IMG/VR virus record: IMGVR_UViG_3300002484_001904
Location: 1 to 27,374 of that record
Direction: 5' to 3' (one strand)
Length of the DNA stretch: 27,374 nt
Source: a virus
Taxonomy: Duplodnaviria; Caudoviricetes
In this document: positions 26,710 through 27,374 of the stretch, one piece after another
Numbering within the stretch: the stretch's first letter is position 1
Layout: each line of letters opens with the position of its first letter
Position numbers and translations under genes: made by a program
The notes under the pieces: generated by a model
The model's database searches: none
Told to the model about the DNA's origin: nothing
The model's input: only the letters and a program-made list of their open reading frames with translations

Positions 26710-26956
26710 ACGCGGCCATGTCAATATATTGACAGCCTGGTGAAATATTGACGGGTACTCCCCCCGCTGGCCGGCTGGGTGATATATTTACCCTCAATTA
26801 CACAAGACGGGGAATATGGGGAACTTTATTAATTACTATAATAATCAATGACTTAACTTTAGAGGTACATAGTAGCCGACGGAGCGAAGCTCCTTATGAC
26901 TTGACTTCTTAATATTAGAGGTAATCTTCGATTACCAACAGTTGGAATGTCAAACC

Positions 26957-26984
26957 TTGACATTTCAACTTTATGTGCTATACT
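26957..26984 (+). promoter_or_regulatory. Sigma70-type promoter upstream of the tRNA
   Basis: TTGACA-16 nt-TATACT, with TG in the extended -10 position. Confidence 0.7.
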
Positions 26985-27104
26985 TAGTAATATAGTTAAT
27001 TTAATATACTAATAATATATTACTCTCTCTTAGAGAGAGAGTATTATTATATATATAATAATAATATATAGATATTAAACCTAACCTTTATATATATAGT
27101 CTAC

Positions 27105-27181
27105 AGCGGGGTGGAGCATTCCGGCAGCTCAGCTGGCTCATAACCAGCAGGTCGCAGGTTCGAATCCTGCTCCCGCTACCA
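27105..27181 (+). tRNA. tRNA-Met (CAT), initiator-like
   Basis: 77-nt cloverleaf: acceptor AGCGGGG/TCCCGCT, D stem GAGC/GCTC, anticodon arm GCTGG-CTCATAA-CCAGC, T arm GCAGG-TTCGAAT-CCTGC, encoded ACCA. Confidence 0.93.
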
Positions 27182-27353
27182 ATGCAAAATGTGCTTGAGG
27201 CCAATTTTTCGGTCAGAAATCGAATCACTTGGGAAAGGGAAAAAGGAGACGAGTACCGATTCGACAATGAAAATATTAATTGCTTGTGAAACGAGCGGAG
27301 TAGTGCGCGAAGCATTCGCTCGAATCGACGACGATACTACCTATTCCGTCTAG
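27182..27353 (+). pseudogene. Two short DNA-methyltransferase-like gene fragments
   Basis: The frame from 27182 reads ...FSVRNRITWEREKG. The ORF at 27267-27353 reads MKILIACETSGVVREAFAR... and stops after 28 aa. Family resemblance is recalled from memory. Confidence 0.4.
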
Positions 27354-27374
27354 TGGTCGTTGGGATAATCAAAC

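Larger units (their letters stand above)
25948..26855. promoter_or_regulatory. Six IHF-consensus sites
   Basis: WATCAA-N4-TTR at 25948-25960 (-), 26084-26096, 26267-26279, 26313-26325, 26575-26587 and 26843-26855; four are identical (AATCAATGACTTA). Confidence 0.75.

Noticed and set aside
27105-27181. tRNA as a prophage attachment site or host boundary
   Set aside because: No integrase and no duplicated tRNA 3' end were seen in the window. It cannot be fully excluded because the composition changes right after CCA.
27088-27315. 75-aa minus-strand ORF
   Set aside because: It is antisense to the tRNA.

Overview
This is a 27.4-kb segment of a tailed dsDNA phage with podovirus-like organisation. 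The host is probably a gamma- or betaproteobacterium, inferred from the host-factor motifs. The + strand (1-9076) carries virion genes: the end of a DNA-ejection/pilot protein, a tail fibre with a chaperone, three internal-virion proteins and a lipoprotein. These converge on a long - strand block (9069-25317) encoding a metallophosphoesterase, class II ribonucleotide reductase, T7-endonuclease-I-like nuclease, 5'-3' exonuclease, SSB-like protein, a family A DNA polymerase split into two in-frame ORFs, DnaB helicase, primase, a CobS/MoxR AAA+ and CobT/vWA pair, and small early genes. A ~1.8-kb non-coding control region (25320-27100) and a tRNA(CAT) follow. No RNA polymerase, integrase or CRISPR array is visible. 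The most unusual signals are: (1) two tandem ~105-nt structured RNA-like elements (23395-23713) with an invariant base and apex but diverged, still-pairing arms; (2) a variable-spacer palindrome GTTCCT-N1-3-AGGAAC found 13 times, including inside genes; (3) a control region packed with host-protein sites (two sigma54 promoters, six IHF sites, SlmA, DnaA, Fur-like, 11-bp-period iterons); (4) short methyltransferase-like gene fragments directly after the tRNA. All calls come from reading motifs by eye; no searches were run.
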